Below, piece after piece: positions 12,101 through 24,600 of a stretch of DNA of 64,000 nucleotides. Source of the DNA: Yuukianura sp. NJ FZ-2021. Taxonomy: Eukaryota. Location of the stretch: the NCBI GenBank assembly GCA_046563655.1, contig CM102290.1:5084001-5148000 (forward strand), in the 5' to 3' direction. Each line of letters opens with the position of its first letter. Positions within the stretch are counted from its first letter, which is position 1. The notes beneath the pieces are model-generated. The model worked only from the letters and a program-made list of their open reading frames with translations, was not told the DNA's origin and ran no database searches. A program made the position numbers and the translations under genes.

Positions 12101-14362
12101 TTGAACCTTTCGAATCTGTAAATGAAAACATTCAGAAAAAAGATGCGTTCCGAACAATCACACCTTTTGAGGATAGAGTTTCTTCTGGGTTTTTGTAAAA
12201 CGTAAAAAATTAACCCAAGCTGCACAAGGGTTTGAAAAACCGCGTTGAGTATATGAACGATTGACTACAAATGGCTGTTCAATACAATGTTTTTCTTATA
12301 AATCCGAGAATGTAACAAATTCAACTGATGAAGTGGCATAGTTCAGAGGTCACGGGAGAGTTTTATGGAGTGAGGAAGGTGTGTTAAGATGTTGGCAGGA
12401 GGTAAGACGTGGATGGCAGGTAATAACGTATGTAATAACGTATGTCCATTAACGGATGGAACCCCTTCCAACCGGAACCTAATCAAACTCAAGTCAAAAC
12501 AAAGGGAGGTTTAAAACAAGGGGAGGAAACGATGATGGAGTTTGTTTCTAATTTCATCACTTTATCCTTCCGCCCCGCGCAGCTTCAAAAAAATATCCGA
12601 GTTCTTCAACTTTCAAAAAAGCAAGAAACACAGTGGAAAAATAGTTTATGCAGGATTCATTTCGCTGAAATAATGTTGGGGGATGAAATTTTTTCAACTC
12701 GATTTCAGAAAAAATTGTATCGGGACGAACTTCTGTGGAAAGTGACTTGTGAACAAAAGAAAACAAAGTTTCGACTGTCGCTATAAGAAGAGAAATGGGC
12801 GACATAACATCCTTATTTCAGCTAGAAAGTAAACCCAACGAAGATGTTTTTGCCATAGAATATTCTTTTGGTGTTTGGTTGCCTTTTGGGGATTTGAACA
12901 AAGAATGGAGACATTAAATGACCAAAGTATCATTGGAACAATCTTATCCATTATACCAGTCTCTCCTTTTGAACATGGAAACAACTTCAAAAATCCAGAT
13001 ACCTTAGATCCAGCTTCTGATAAATTTCCTTCCAACTGTTCGCCGCTTTAGCGCACTTACTTAACTTAAGGGTACGCTGTGGGATTGGTGTTCACTGTGT
13101 TCTGAAATGAGAATCAGCGTCCCGACAAAAACCATGAGGGGAATCCCTGTGTGTTTCTCAATGCGTCGCCTTTGAAAACTTGACCTAACCTATGTTATCA
13201 TGTAATGTCGGAGCCATTTGTAAAATAAACAACCTAATGAGTGCTGGCCATATTTTAGTAGAAATGTGATCCTGTGATTGTTTTAAAATTTTTGAGTTAC
13301 CCTTTGATTGAATTATGGGGAAATGACTGCGAAGTTGATAGAACGTTGTTACCTCTTTCGTCGGAGTTGAGTGCGGTAGCAGAGACGCGATTGTGCTTGT
13401 CCATGACAACGTCCGCTTTAGCCCTAAGGTTATGAAGTCGATAGGCTCTGGTTACGGGGGATGTGGAGAGCACAGTGTACTTGGATGAAAGCGTTTCTGA
13501 CGACGACTGCGACAAGTTAGCAACTGGATCGGACAACATGCGACGACGACTGCCCATATCAGCCAAACCTTCTACATATGTCGACTAAAAGTGAGACACA
13601 AACAAAAATAGAATTTAGTACACAAGCATTCCAACATTTTAATGTGTTTCTCAACAAATTCCCGGCGTTAAAATTTTTTATGCAGTTTATCTTTACGCCA
13701 TTCGCATGAAAAACATTTTTTGGTACATGCTAAATCTGCAACATGAAACGTGCAACAATAAAAAATGGAACCTCTTTACAATCTGAAAATGCCCAATGCG
13801 TGAATTTTTTTTTAATCGATTTTCAATTTTTTTTTTTTTTTTTTGAAGGAAAAGGTGGGGGAAAGTTAATTTTTTTTTCGATTTGGGACTTGAAAAGTGA
13901 TTTGTCCCTTGTGTCAAATTCGTGAACATTCTGCCTCCATCTTAAGTCAATTTGGAGTTGTTATGTGTTAATGTTGTCAAAACTGAAAGAAATTCGTTTG
14001 CTTGTGCGTCATTTTAGTTTTGGCTTACAATATGACATTGGGAAGTGGAACAATGAAGGTTTCGATGACACAATCGCTACCTATCAAATTGTAGCGGAAA
14101 CAAAAGTCGGCATATCAAATCGACGGATCAACTAAATTATTTCAAATTTTGACCTCGCGGGTTAAGCTTTTACATCGCCTTCTGAAAAATTTGAAAAAAG
14201 ATGGATATATGGACCTTGGCAACGTTCTTTTTAGACTAAAATTCAACTTTTGAATTGAAGTCTCCGAATTTCAATAACTTTTTGTTCAGAATAAGTGAAC
14301 AAATTGTATTGTAGCTTACCATGAGAAGGACGATTATCAACTGCAAACAGACCAGTAAAAAC
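9179..14362 (-). CDS. FGF8: Fibroblast growth factor, FGF8/17/18-like, secreted; start-codon exon lies further upstream
   Basis: Phase-consistent exons: 14320-14362 (FLLVCLQLIIVLLM, signal peptide), 13353-13584 (TRAYRLHNLR...VSAT), 11245-11363 (ELGLESV...RIRGLVSDTYLCFNQKGRLVSKPK), 9179-9682 (CEFIEQV...SFKSVLNPSWHVGFNLKGR...CFLFYK plus a basic His/Thr-rich tail). The subfamily assignment is by resemblance only. Confidence 0.85.
10547..10646. other. Assembly gap (100 N) inside an FGF intron
   Basis: Run of N characters. Confidence 1.
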
Positions 14363-14731
14363 CTGAAACCAGAAGAAAAGGAATTGATTAGTCACTCAAT
14401 GTCAATTAGTAAAAATGTAGTTTCATCAAAATCAGTATAGCCCAAGTCCAAATAAATTCAACCAAGGAAGTGTAAAGCTGCAATCACGTTTACAGTGCAC
14501 ACTTCAACCTTTATTAAAAAAAAAGAAGGAATACTATGGTAGTTCAGATTTTTCCGGTACATAATCAAATTAATTCGAATTAGTAAACTGAAATTAGTTT
14601 AGTTGAGGTTAATTATGGGTAGCGGGTACTTCATTTCCGCGCTTTAGGTGGCCCACGTATTCCATTTTTTAAACGGTCCCTCCTTACTGATTGGTCGTAA
14701 TTAAACCCTGCCACCCTCAACATATTTGTAG

Positions 14732-15681
14732 TAGGGGAGGATGGGGGCAAGTGAATCATGGGGTCAGGCGAATCACCCTAAATAATTTTGGTTTAAATGC
14801 AGTTTAAAAATCGGAAAAATTCACAATTATACACATCATGCATATTTCTTTATAACACAAGTGTCAGTAGCGAAATTAATTTGCCTGGTAATCGCCCAGA
14901 TTTTTTTAAAGAAAAATTGGTCGAAAAAAGGCAATACTAAAATCTTCATGTTAGCACTAAATCACACAGCACACCTAAACCTAGTGAATTTCTGGTATTT
15001 TGATTATAGAAATAGGTTCCTGAATCGATTCTGCACGAGTAGATCATAACAGCTGATTTTTTTCAGTGATGCATGACTAGCCGAACTGTGTTTAATGAAA
15101 AAAGTGGAGGTGGGGTCAGGTGAATCACACGCTATTGGATAGTACATTATAGCTTAAAAAAATACATTTTTTAGACTATGGTGGAAGATCAATTTAACTG
15201 GCGTGTTTTGTAGTTTTTAATCGTTTTTACGTCATAAAACGATTTTTTCAATTTTTTTTTGTCGAAATCCATCCAAGAACGTACCAAAAAGCTGTGAATT
15301 GCAAAAAATTAATTCTACTGGCAATTTAATTAATGTAAACCGGCAACCATTTTGAAGCAATTCAGAACAGTTTGCCCTGGCATTGTTTAACAGAAAATTT
15401 GAAGTTTTCTTCACATTTGATTAATTGAAGCCAGTGATTCAGCTGACCACATGACCTGATTCACCTGCCCCCATAGAGTGGGGTCAGGTGAATCACTTCC
15501 CAGTTTTTACAAAAACGTTTTTAAAAGAATATCGAAATGTTTAAAAATGTAAAATAATTATAAATACCTTACCAAATGCATAGTTAATGAAATCCCGTTT
15601 ACAGAAAAATTTAAAAAATTACTGGTAATTTTTTATCGATTTTTAAACAAAAAGTGATTCACCTGCCCCCATCCTCCCCTA
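14732..15681. mobile_element. ~950-bp non-autonomous DNA transposon with TA ends and subterminal repeats
   Basis: TIRs taggggaggatgggggcaagtgaatca / tgattcacctgcccccatcctccccta. The internal motif ggggtcaggtgaatcac recurs at ~14760, ~15112 and ~15480, and inverted at ~15436-15472. Confidence 0.85.
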
Positions 15682-18600
15682 GGGTTTTGTAAGGAAGCGT
15701 AAAAGCACCCTAACATCTCCTGTTTTCCACAAAAAAAAAACCGAAACAGATTGTTATATTTGTTTACGTTCAAAAGGCTAAGAATTAATAGTTGGTTGAC
15801 TTAATTGCAGGCGCATTTACTACCAACAACGCTTACGTCCTTACATGAACTTTGACAGGATGCTGTTCCAAAATATGAAAAGTTACTTGGATGAACAGAA
15901 CATAATAATTCTGCCAAACCTCTTCTTTCCCTCATCGTTTCAACCCCACTCATTTACTTTTTTTAGTTTTAGAAATTCATCACTTTTTCCACCGCACACG
16001 AAAAAATGCTCCTCGGCTCACCAAATTCACAAATTATAATGCAAGTAAAACGGCCGCTTCAGAACTTAAACCCAAAATTAGACAAATTATGTTTTGAAAA
16101 AATTTCCCTAGTGTTTTTAGTACAATGGGGAAAAGCACTGAAGGAAACTTGAAAGTTTGCTTAGACAGTGACGACATGGATTCGACTTCTCTCGACCACT
16201 TTTCTACACTTGAAGTGTGAATGACTTCCTTCTCGCCATCGCATCGGAAGATCACTTCCTGCAACTTTCTTGCTTTAATAGCCAACTGGCATCACCACTC
16301 AAACTTTTAGTTAGTCATCTTCATCATTACGACAAACTTTTAAAACTTCTAAGAAAGGAGTCATGGATGATAGAAGTTCAATTGTCGCCTAACTGATTTT
16401 TTTTTGTTCCAGAGGCGTCTGGGTACACTGAAATTGGGTCAGATGTCCAGTCTACTTCTTACTTCAGCCGTTTCTGTACTGACTCACACTCTTCCAATCA
16501 TTGATTCCTAATTAATGTTGAAAAATTGTTTTTGTTTTTAAAAATTATTCCGTTAGTCTTGTTTTTTTATCTGATTTGGTTTCCAACAACTACTCTTCCG
16601 GATACGTGATACGACGATAAGTAGTTGGCGCTAAAAAATCCAAATGGTTAGAAGAAGATGATGGTTGAATAGTAACTAAATAGAAGAATGGAAGGAGTCA
16701 AGTTTAGGTGGGCTTATCCTCCATTGTCCATTCATTTCATAAAGCCTAATTTCCCCTCCAAAATCAACAATTGAAAGATACGACATCAAAAATTGAAAAG
16801 ATTTTGAGAGCGTGGTGGCGAATAAAGGCATCACAACACACCCCACGTCAAACCCATTTTAATCTTCCATTTGTTAGGTTGATGCTACAACTATGCCATA
16901 TACAAAATAAATGTTATTACTATATGTGATACTATGGAGACACATACACGATCTCTGGCTGGTCTGGACTTCTTTTCAGTTCCACTCAAATTTCATACCC
17001 ATTGACTACCTTCGTATGCCCCCCTTATTCTATTCTTAACAGTGCTGTGAAAGCACTTTCCCACCAGAAATGAATGAAAAACTAACAAATGAAATCCACA
17101 GACAAATAACACTAATCCTATCACAATCAGAATATAAATATTATCCACCTCCTGTCACCAACAACACTCCACTGTAGGAAATACTCCTTTTAAAAATTAG
17201 TTCTACCCCATAGAATTTTTTTTAACTTAATTTTTTGAGTAAGCTACTCAAAATTAGTTCCACCTTGACTAAACCAAAGGGTGATGATTTTTGGGGAGTG
17301 AACTGGTGAGAAAATTGTGAAAAAAAAAGACGCCACCGCTGGTTTTGTTAATGGTTCCCCTAATTCTCTCTGCAATCACCCTATGTTTCCGAAAACTCAA
17401 TTGACGCCGACGCCATGGTTCCACTGCAGCTAAGAGCGGCAGTTTTTAAAATTGTGGTCCTCACGGTACAGATGGTAAAAGTGAAATGGATAAATAGGTG
17501 GAGGAAACAATGAGACAGCAGTTCTATGTGCTTACAAAGCCAAATACTTCTCAACCTAACCTAATTAAGATGTGATCGAGAGATAACTAATTAGCTTCAC
17601 TCAATGAATGATGACGTTAGTGGGGTGGTCAAGTCAGGGAGGGAACATTTTTTACAAGTTTCAAAATTTGAACATTTGGTTGATCAAATTTCAATTGAAA
17701 ATAATCACTTTCAAAAAAATATATTCACTTTAGCCTGGAATTTTTGATTCTTTTGAATCAGTTCCTTCCCTATACAATCTCGTTTAATGGTGAAGTCGTC
17801 CTTCAAAACTTCCCGCCACAATTCAAAGGCTGCTCCCATAATTTAAATAAAGTGTCAGGCCCTTTAGGAAATTAGGCATTTACAACTCTATTAAATTTCT
17901 CCATTATTTTTTGAATTTTAGTCGGACGTCTGGGAAAAGACAAAGCAGTTGAGAGTCGTGCCTCTTTGAAGTCCTTTTAATTAAAAACGGAGTACCCTTC
18001 GCCTAGAAATAATGATAATAGGCTTAAGGGCTCTCTCCGCCGCCACTTTTCTACCTAAACAATATAGTACAGATTCAAAATTCAACAAGAAATATTGCCT
18101 AGCTTTTCGAAACGTACTAACGCTTCACTAACTCTCCACACTGGCTTCAAGTACGACTTTATTTTATGCACCGTACACTTTGTAGTAACTTTCCTTCCAG
18201 CAGAATCCAAGGCTTAAGTTTTTGAAAAAGCCGAAATTTTGGCAACGACTTGCAGAATAAATAATCGAAGAAAGCTTTTTGGAAAATAGAAATGAAATGA
18301 AATTTAGCCAATTCAACCAAACACTTGTGGAGAACTACGTTGAACTTCAAGAATTTTGTGGTAATAGGCTACCATAGTCAAGGTCAACATCTCATCATCG
18401 CAAGAACGAATACGTGACGCTCCGAACTTCTTTGGGACTTAAGTACCCCTCAACTCGTTAATTACGGAATTCCTCAAGATAGCACTGGGAGAATAATTGA
18501 GAATTAAAAAAAGTGGAGTCTTCCAACTAATGAAAAATAGTCCCCGTTTGAAAAAATGAAGTCATGGCAGTAGTGACTTGGAGACTCACTTTTTTATTTC

Positions 18601-21600
18601 TCTTCGTCTTTATGAAAATAATTTAAAATTATCAAATACTTTCCAAATCGAAGCAGTGTTAGAACGACAGAAGTGTTAAAACAATTTGTATTTGAGTCAA
18701 TAATTATCTCAATATCAGTTGGGTGCTAAATGGTGCAAATCTTTTTCAAAAAAATTCTTCCAAACAAGCCCTACATAGTCCTTCACGCGCGAACATTTTT
18801 CCTAACCAAACGAAAGTGCATTGCCCGACTTCGTTTTAAATCTTAAGAGCAGTACTCAAGATTGAAATAATATTTTTGTTAGACCTGATTTTTAAACTTC
18901 AGTACTTGAGTGTCTCCTGTGGTCCAAAGTGAAGTGTTTCCCTTGAAGTCAGTAATTGAGGAAAACAATGGCTGACTCCACCCTGATTTAAGTTTGGATA
19001 AATTGAAAATGTCATGCTCGACATGTCCTTAGACCTCCATACTCCTTCTGCCCAAAAATCAAGTGAGGGAGCCCTTAAGGCCTCCCGCATTCCATGTCAC
19101 TGGAACAATCCATAAGAATGTGATAGGCCTTGATGGATTTGGAGTAATTGGGATTCGGTGACTGGCCTAACACAAACGAGCCATCAAATGTCACCCCAGA
19201 CGACCCAAGTGGGTTTGTAGGCTGCCTCGCATCATCTTATTCTGATTTTGTATTCAACTACGATCGCTCCTGGGCAATTACTCCTCGAGTCAAGAAGTTC
19301 ATTGTACGAAACTGGCTTTTAAATTCTACGGCTTGAGCAGAATTACCAATTATTGTCCACCACAATGAATTAATCCAATGAGTTGGACTTCAGTTTCTGC
19401 GGCACAGAACGAGATCCCGAGTCACCAATGTTTCCTGGGTACTTTTGCTGTCGAGGCAGTCCATTCCCATTCACTGAACTTAAGATGAAAACAGGCTCGT
19501 TGACTAAAACCATTAGCTGTTTACTCAGGGAATTAATGAATGAACCTAGCGGTGTGCCTAGTGGACTGATTTTTTCGTTTTTTTCTGAAGTCATTCCACC
19601 TTTTGTCAAAAAAGACGCGCCACGATTCTTGAAATATGAATTTGAAAATGTGTTCAAAGGAGTTTTGCAGTGAACACAAATGAAGACCACCTTGAGACGA
19701 CTGGGCAGAGAAGAGAAACGACTCAAATAAATCAGGGCCAAAGGATCCCCCTTACCACTGAAGCTCTTCATATTCCTTTCACAAGGGTCAGGTCAACCGC
19801 CCATAGCTACGTTAACCAAAAGAATAGAACCAAACCAAAATGTAACCAAAAAGTAGCCATGGTCTGCCCAAACAAAATTGTGTAGACATAAATAACATGC
19901 GCAGAGACCGATGTTTCTTTCGGCTATTCTGTCAGATCACATATTTCACGGAGCGAACTTTGAAAAAAAAAGTCCAACCAGACGGACCAATCTAATCTTG
20001 TCCTTCATCTTGAACAATTTTCTTTTACAGGGTCTCAGCATGTAAACGCCATTCCACTGCTTTCAAGTTTGAACTTTTCTTTTGTTGTTGAGTCTCAATT
20101 CAACTGACTCGCTTGTCCTCATGCCTTCTAAGTACCGCCTTTTCTTATACTTTCTCTCGCTTTCCCTTCTTCTACTGTTTTCTAATTTTTACTATTTGAA
20201 CATTTCCTCTTCAATTTGTAATTTAATTTTTGTTCCTTTTGCATTTTTTTTTTTTGGAATTTGGATTTTTTTTTTGGAAACAGGACTGCGACGAAGCTGT
20301 TCGGAAGGGATTGAACGGCGAGATTGAAAAGTGAGGGGTCTTGTCCGTCGTTTACACTGTCATCTGAAGCAGCTTGTGAGAAATAGTCGCGTTAAACTCT
20401 ACCGTCCGTCCGTCTGCCGTCCATTAATACCTGGAACTAAGAACTGAAACTGGTTCTCAAAAGACGTTTCACATTAGGGAAGAGTAATGGAGGCAACTGC
20501 GGAAAATGACACGATCCGAGGTCATCACTCTCTCTCATCATCGAGCCATACAAATGCCCCGCTCCTAGTCAACTCTGAGTGACACGAGGTCAAGGCGGCA
20601 AGTTTTTGGAAGAAGCATGCGATGTCCTTGGGCTCCACTTATTTGACGTTAGACCTGCGTCACATTATCCTAAGGAAGAAGCTTTTAGAGTTTTGTTTGT
20701 TTCCACCTTGACTTTGAGATGAGTGTCAATAGACAGTAGGCTCTCACGGTTTGTGTCTTAATGGACTTCTAATTGCAAAAAAAAAATCCCTTACTTTTAT
20801 ATGCTAATTAATCAGCTGTCAAGACGCACCTAAACTAAGGAGATCACGAGGTGTCATAAATCAAAATATACCGATCATATTACTTGGAATATACCGATCA
20901 TACCGAGCATGTGATTGGAACGTTGTCCAGAAAACAAAACTTTCCCGCCATCGAATATTTGAATTTAACTAATGGAAAAGGGCAAGAACCTACGTTAAAG
21001 AATGCGACTACGTGCTCCGGCGTCTGCATTCTACCAGTTACACCCCAGCGTAAAGCTGGATCTCAACAGATTCCAAGTTGGTGGAGTGTAATGCTATGTT
21101 GTGTAAGTGTAATGTTAGACCGATACTCATAAATTAGTCTGTTGCATGAAAAATGATGTGTTGCGACTCTACGTTTGACCCCGTCGAGGGTGTCTGGAGG
21201 TTCCCTTGGAATTGTTGACCCCCCAAGGTCGTTGTAGCCCCAAACGCTTCAGCTTTTCGGCAAGTCATCGCCATCCTTAGCAACCTTGACAAGCTCCTTT
21301 TAAATTCAGCTCAGCTTAACCATTCAGCTAAAAACAAAATGTGTTCCGTTGACAACAATGTCGTTAGATTAATCCAATCGTCTCAGCAGTTTTTGAAGTC
21401 TTTCCTCGTCTCAATGACTTCGCGGAAAGTTCCAATTGAAGTGAACCCGGACTAACGTCTTGTAAAATACAACACAGCAGCATCCAGGCCTCCTGAGGAC
21501 ACTACCAGACGAATGTCCTTGAATGTTTAGCTTGGAGTTGGAAATGTCACAGAAGCAGATACGCAGTTGCGCAGTTGCTGGAATTGTGGTCCAGAATTTA

Positions 21601-24600
21601 GGTCAACACGAGTCGGAGTTGATGTAAGCGGGAAGTCCGCTGGGATTAGGTTTGAAGTGGCTGCGCAGAAGACACTTCACAACAATAAACTGCACATGTA
21701 ACTTCTTGGAATGTTCTCAGAGTCGGGGATCCACATTCCAAAAATGGAACTGACGAAGTCCGCGTACTTAAGCTTATGTATCATACTTGAAAATCTCTGA
21801 GATTCAGCTACGTCAATGCTCTCCAGAAGATTGAGGTTGATAAAAATGGGAGTGGATTTTGTGCATGGGTTTAGGTAGACGATAATGCAATTAGCCTATT
21901 CTCAGAATGAGCTTGGTCAGAGGTTTATCTATGCGAAGTGTAGCTCAAAATAAACAAAAGGCTCTCGGGATAACATTGTCTTTTTATCCAGATCCACCAT
22001 GACTTTCTGCGAGATTTGAAAGTAGCCAAAAATAATAACGAGGAGTGTTGAAACAGGGATGCTAAGTTTAGCGTGACGTTGACGCGTGAAGCATACTTAT
22101 CTTAATCCTCACACTCACTTCCAGATAAATCAACATCAAAAAACTACCAAAACATAAAGTCTTTGTACTGGCGGCGGCGCAAATCAATCGAGTCCTTGTT
22201 AAAAATAGGGTTCTATTCTGATTGATTACTCAATTGCTTACTAACCGGACACTACATGCACTTTGAGGTTAGGGAAGTTCAAGCGAACTCCATTTTTAAA
22301 AAGGATTTTAGTAATAACACAAACAAAAATTCATAAACACTCGTAAATAGACAATTTTCAACGTCTTTATCCAATGTTATGCGATGTTATTTAAAATACA
22401 TTTTTTTTAACAAAAACTTTTCCTCGAATTATGAGAATCCGAGGGAGACGTGTCCAAGCATTGTTTTCACCGTGTAGGAGATATGTTCTGAAAGTACCTC
22501 ATGAAAAGGAAAAGCTCAAATTGAAAAACACTTTGAGTTCGGACGCTTTCAGTGTTTTTCGTGGTTAAGTTTTTTGAAAAGTTATGGTATTCGAAATGCA
22601 AAGTGTGTTAGACTAGGTTCTTGTAAGCGATAAATTCTGACACTGGAAACACAAAAGAAAACGTCTGAATCGGACTCGCCCTGCAGGGAACGCTGCTGTA
22701 TCACTGCATTTGGGCAGGGTACTTACTACATGAATAGGTTCAACGAATTCTTGAACACAGTTTGCCTTAAAACCACAAATTAAAGTCCCTAACCTCTACC
22801 AACTTCTTTGGAACCCTTTTCAAAAGACAGTTAGTGTCAACATTTATAAAATTTAGAAACACTTCAAAATAAATAAGGCCTCTACTCTGTTCAACTGCTA
22901 AGCCTGGATTCGCCTTCACTGCTGGAAACTAGGAAAAGCCTTAAATCAATTTCTAAATAGTGTAGGTGAGAAGGGGCAACGCTTAGATTGTTACACGAGC
23001 CGCAGCTGCTAAACCCCCACCACCAGGATACCATAACGTAACTCAAATTCAAAAAATTTCAATTGCTTACTTAACATTTTTTGAAAAATATTTCCAAATA
23101 ACCAACACTATCTGTTTTTGACTTCCTGTGCTTTACTATAAGGACATACGAATTATCTTCAACAGCGACTGCGCAGAATCCTCGGAAGTTGCTACGGACG
23201 TAACCTTCGCTTAGGTTCTAATCCTTTGTGAACTTCGTTACCTCTGACGATGGTACTAAGACTCTAATCCCAAATGTACACAAAGAAACCATTGAATTTG
23301 ACACTCGTCAAGAGGATGCATTAATTGAAATGTTAGTTCCACCTTAAAAAAGTCTTCAGTCACAGCGGCAGAAAAACCACACAGAAAAAAAGAGCCATTG
23401 AAGTCCATCTTTAAATTTTTAGGACCATCACACACCTAAAACAATTTTTTCTTCTTCTTCTTTTGGCAGTTCGGAATTAGTGTTGAAAATAGTGTATAAT
23501 TAAAGGTCTCATAAAACTTCCCAATTGGCGGTTAGGTTATGGAATGATGGAGAGAGGGTGACTTGGGTGACCTCTTGACTTTCTACGCAGGCGCACTCAA
23601 GGTGGTCTCCACACATTCTGTGCCAATTCGACACACGATGCCGCTTGTCAAACAAAAGTTTCCATAAATTCCGCCAGAAACCCTAGAGCCAAAAGCGTGG
23701 TAAAATTTTGATTTGGAATTGTCATATTTTGTTGAATTTAAAATCTTTAAAATTCGGTGTGGGGAAGTGTGTTTTTGCAAAGTAAGTTGGAGGAATGTGG
23801 TGCTGACTGTAAGAGTGACTTATGAAAAGTTAAAGTGCGGGGGTGCGTGTGAACTGAAGCTGAGCCATAAGGAAATGGAAAGTGGCAAAAGACAATGGGA
23901 ACTCCAAAGATCTCTGCGTGGAATCTCTCGCTTCAGTACGTCTTTACGATGGATGATCTTCAAGAGGCTATAGAGACAACCAAGAAATTAGCAACGGATA
24001 GGATAGGCGTGTCACCTTTCAGTTCCGTAAACTAAAATCTTCCATCTTCCAGTTTTTGTCTCTTTTTTTTTTTGTAAAAAAAAGTGATACATGACATAGA
24101 TAGAGAATATCTGATACTGTAAAAACAATACGTTTTTGCAACAATACAAAAGAAGCGGCAGTAACAAAAACTACAGAGTAACATGACCACTTTTCTTCAA
24201 ACGGTGCGAAAACCACAATGTTTACATCATTGTTGTTCTGACAGGAAACAGTATAATGTTGCCAAATGCTTCTTTTTTCAAAACTCAAGTCGTGAATTAT
24301 GAAAAAACCTGGATTGGAAAGAAAATGCAATCTGTACGCAACGGCTCAAATTTCATCAGCCGTAGTGACGGTCTACTGCTTTGTACTTGGAAGTGAAACA
24401 TTTGAAGGAAAAAAAAGTTCATACGACAAAACGAGTTTTTGGAGACAAAGTTTACTTTCTACAGGAAAACACTGGGTCCACTTGGTACAGTTGCAAGTTA
24501 GAACAAGTTCGGAGATGTTTTCAACTTAAAAAAAAACAGTTTCGAATGCCAGTTTAAAAATCCAAGAAAGTCGACTAGTTAATAATTGAAGTACTAACAA

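Noticed and set aside
19370..19885. Overlapping 70-133 aa ORFs in the gene-poor region
   Set aside because: No domain resemblance or splice support; consistent with chance ORFs.
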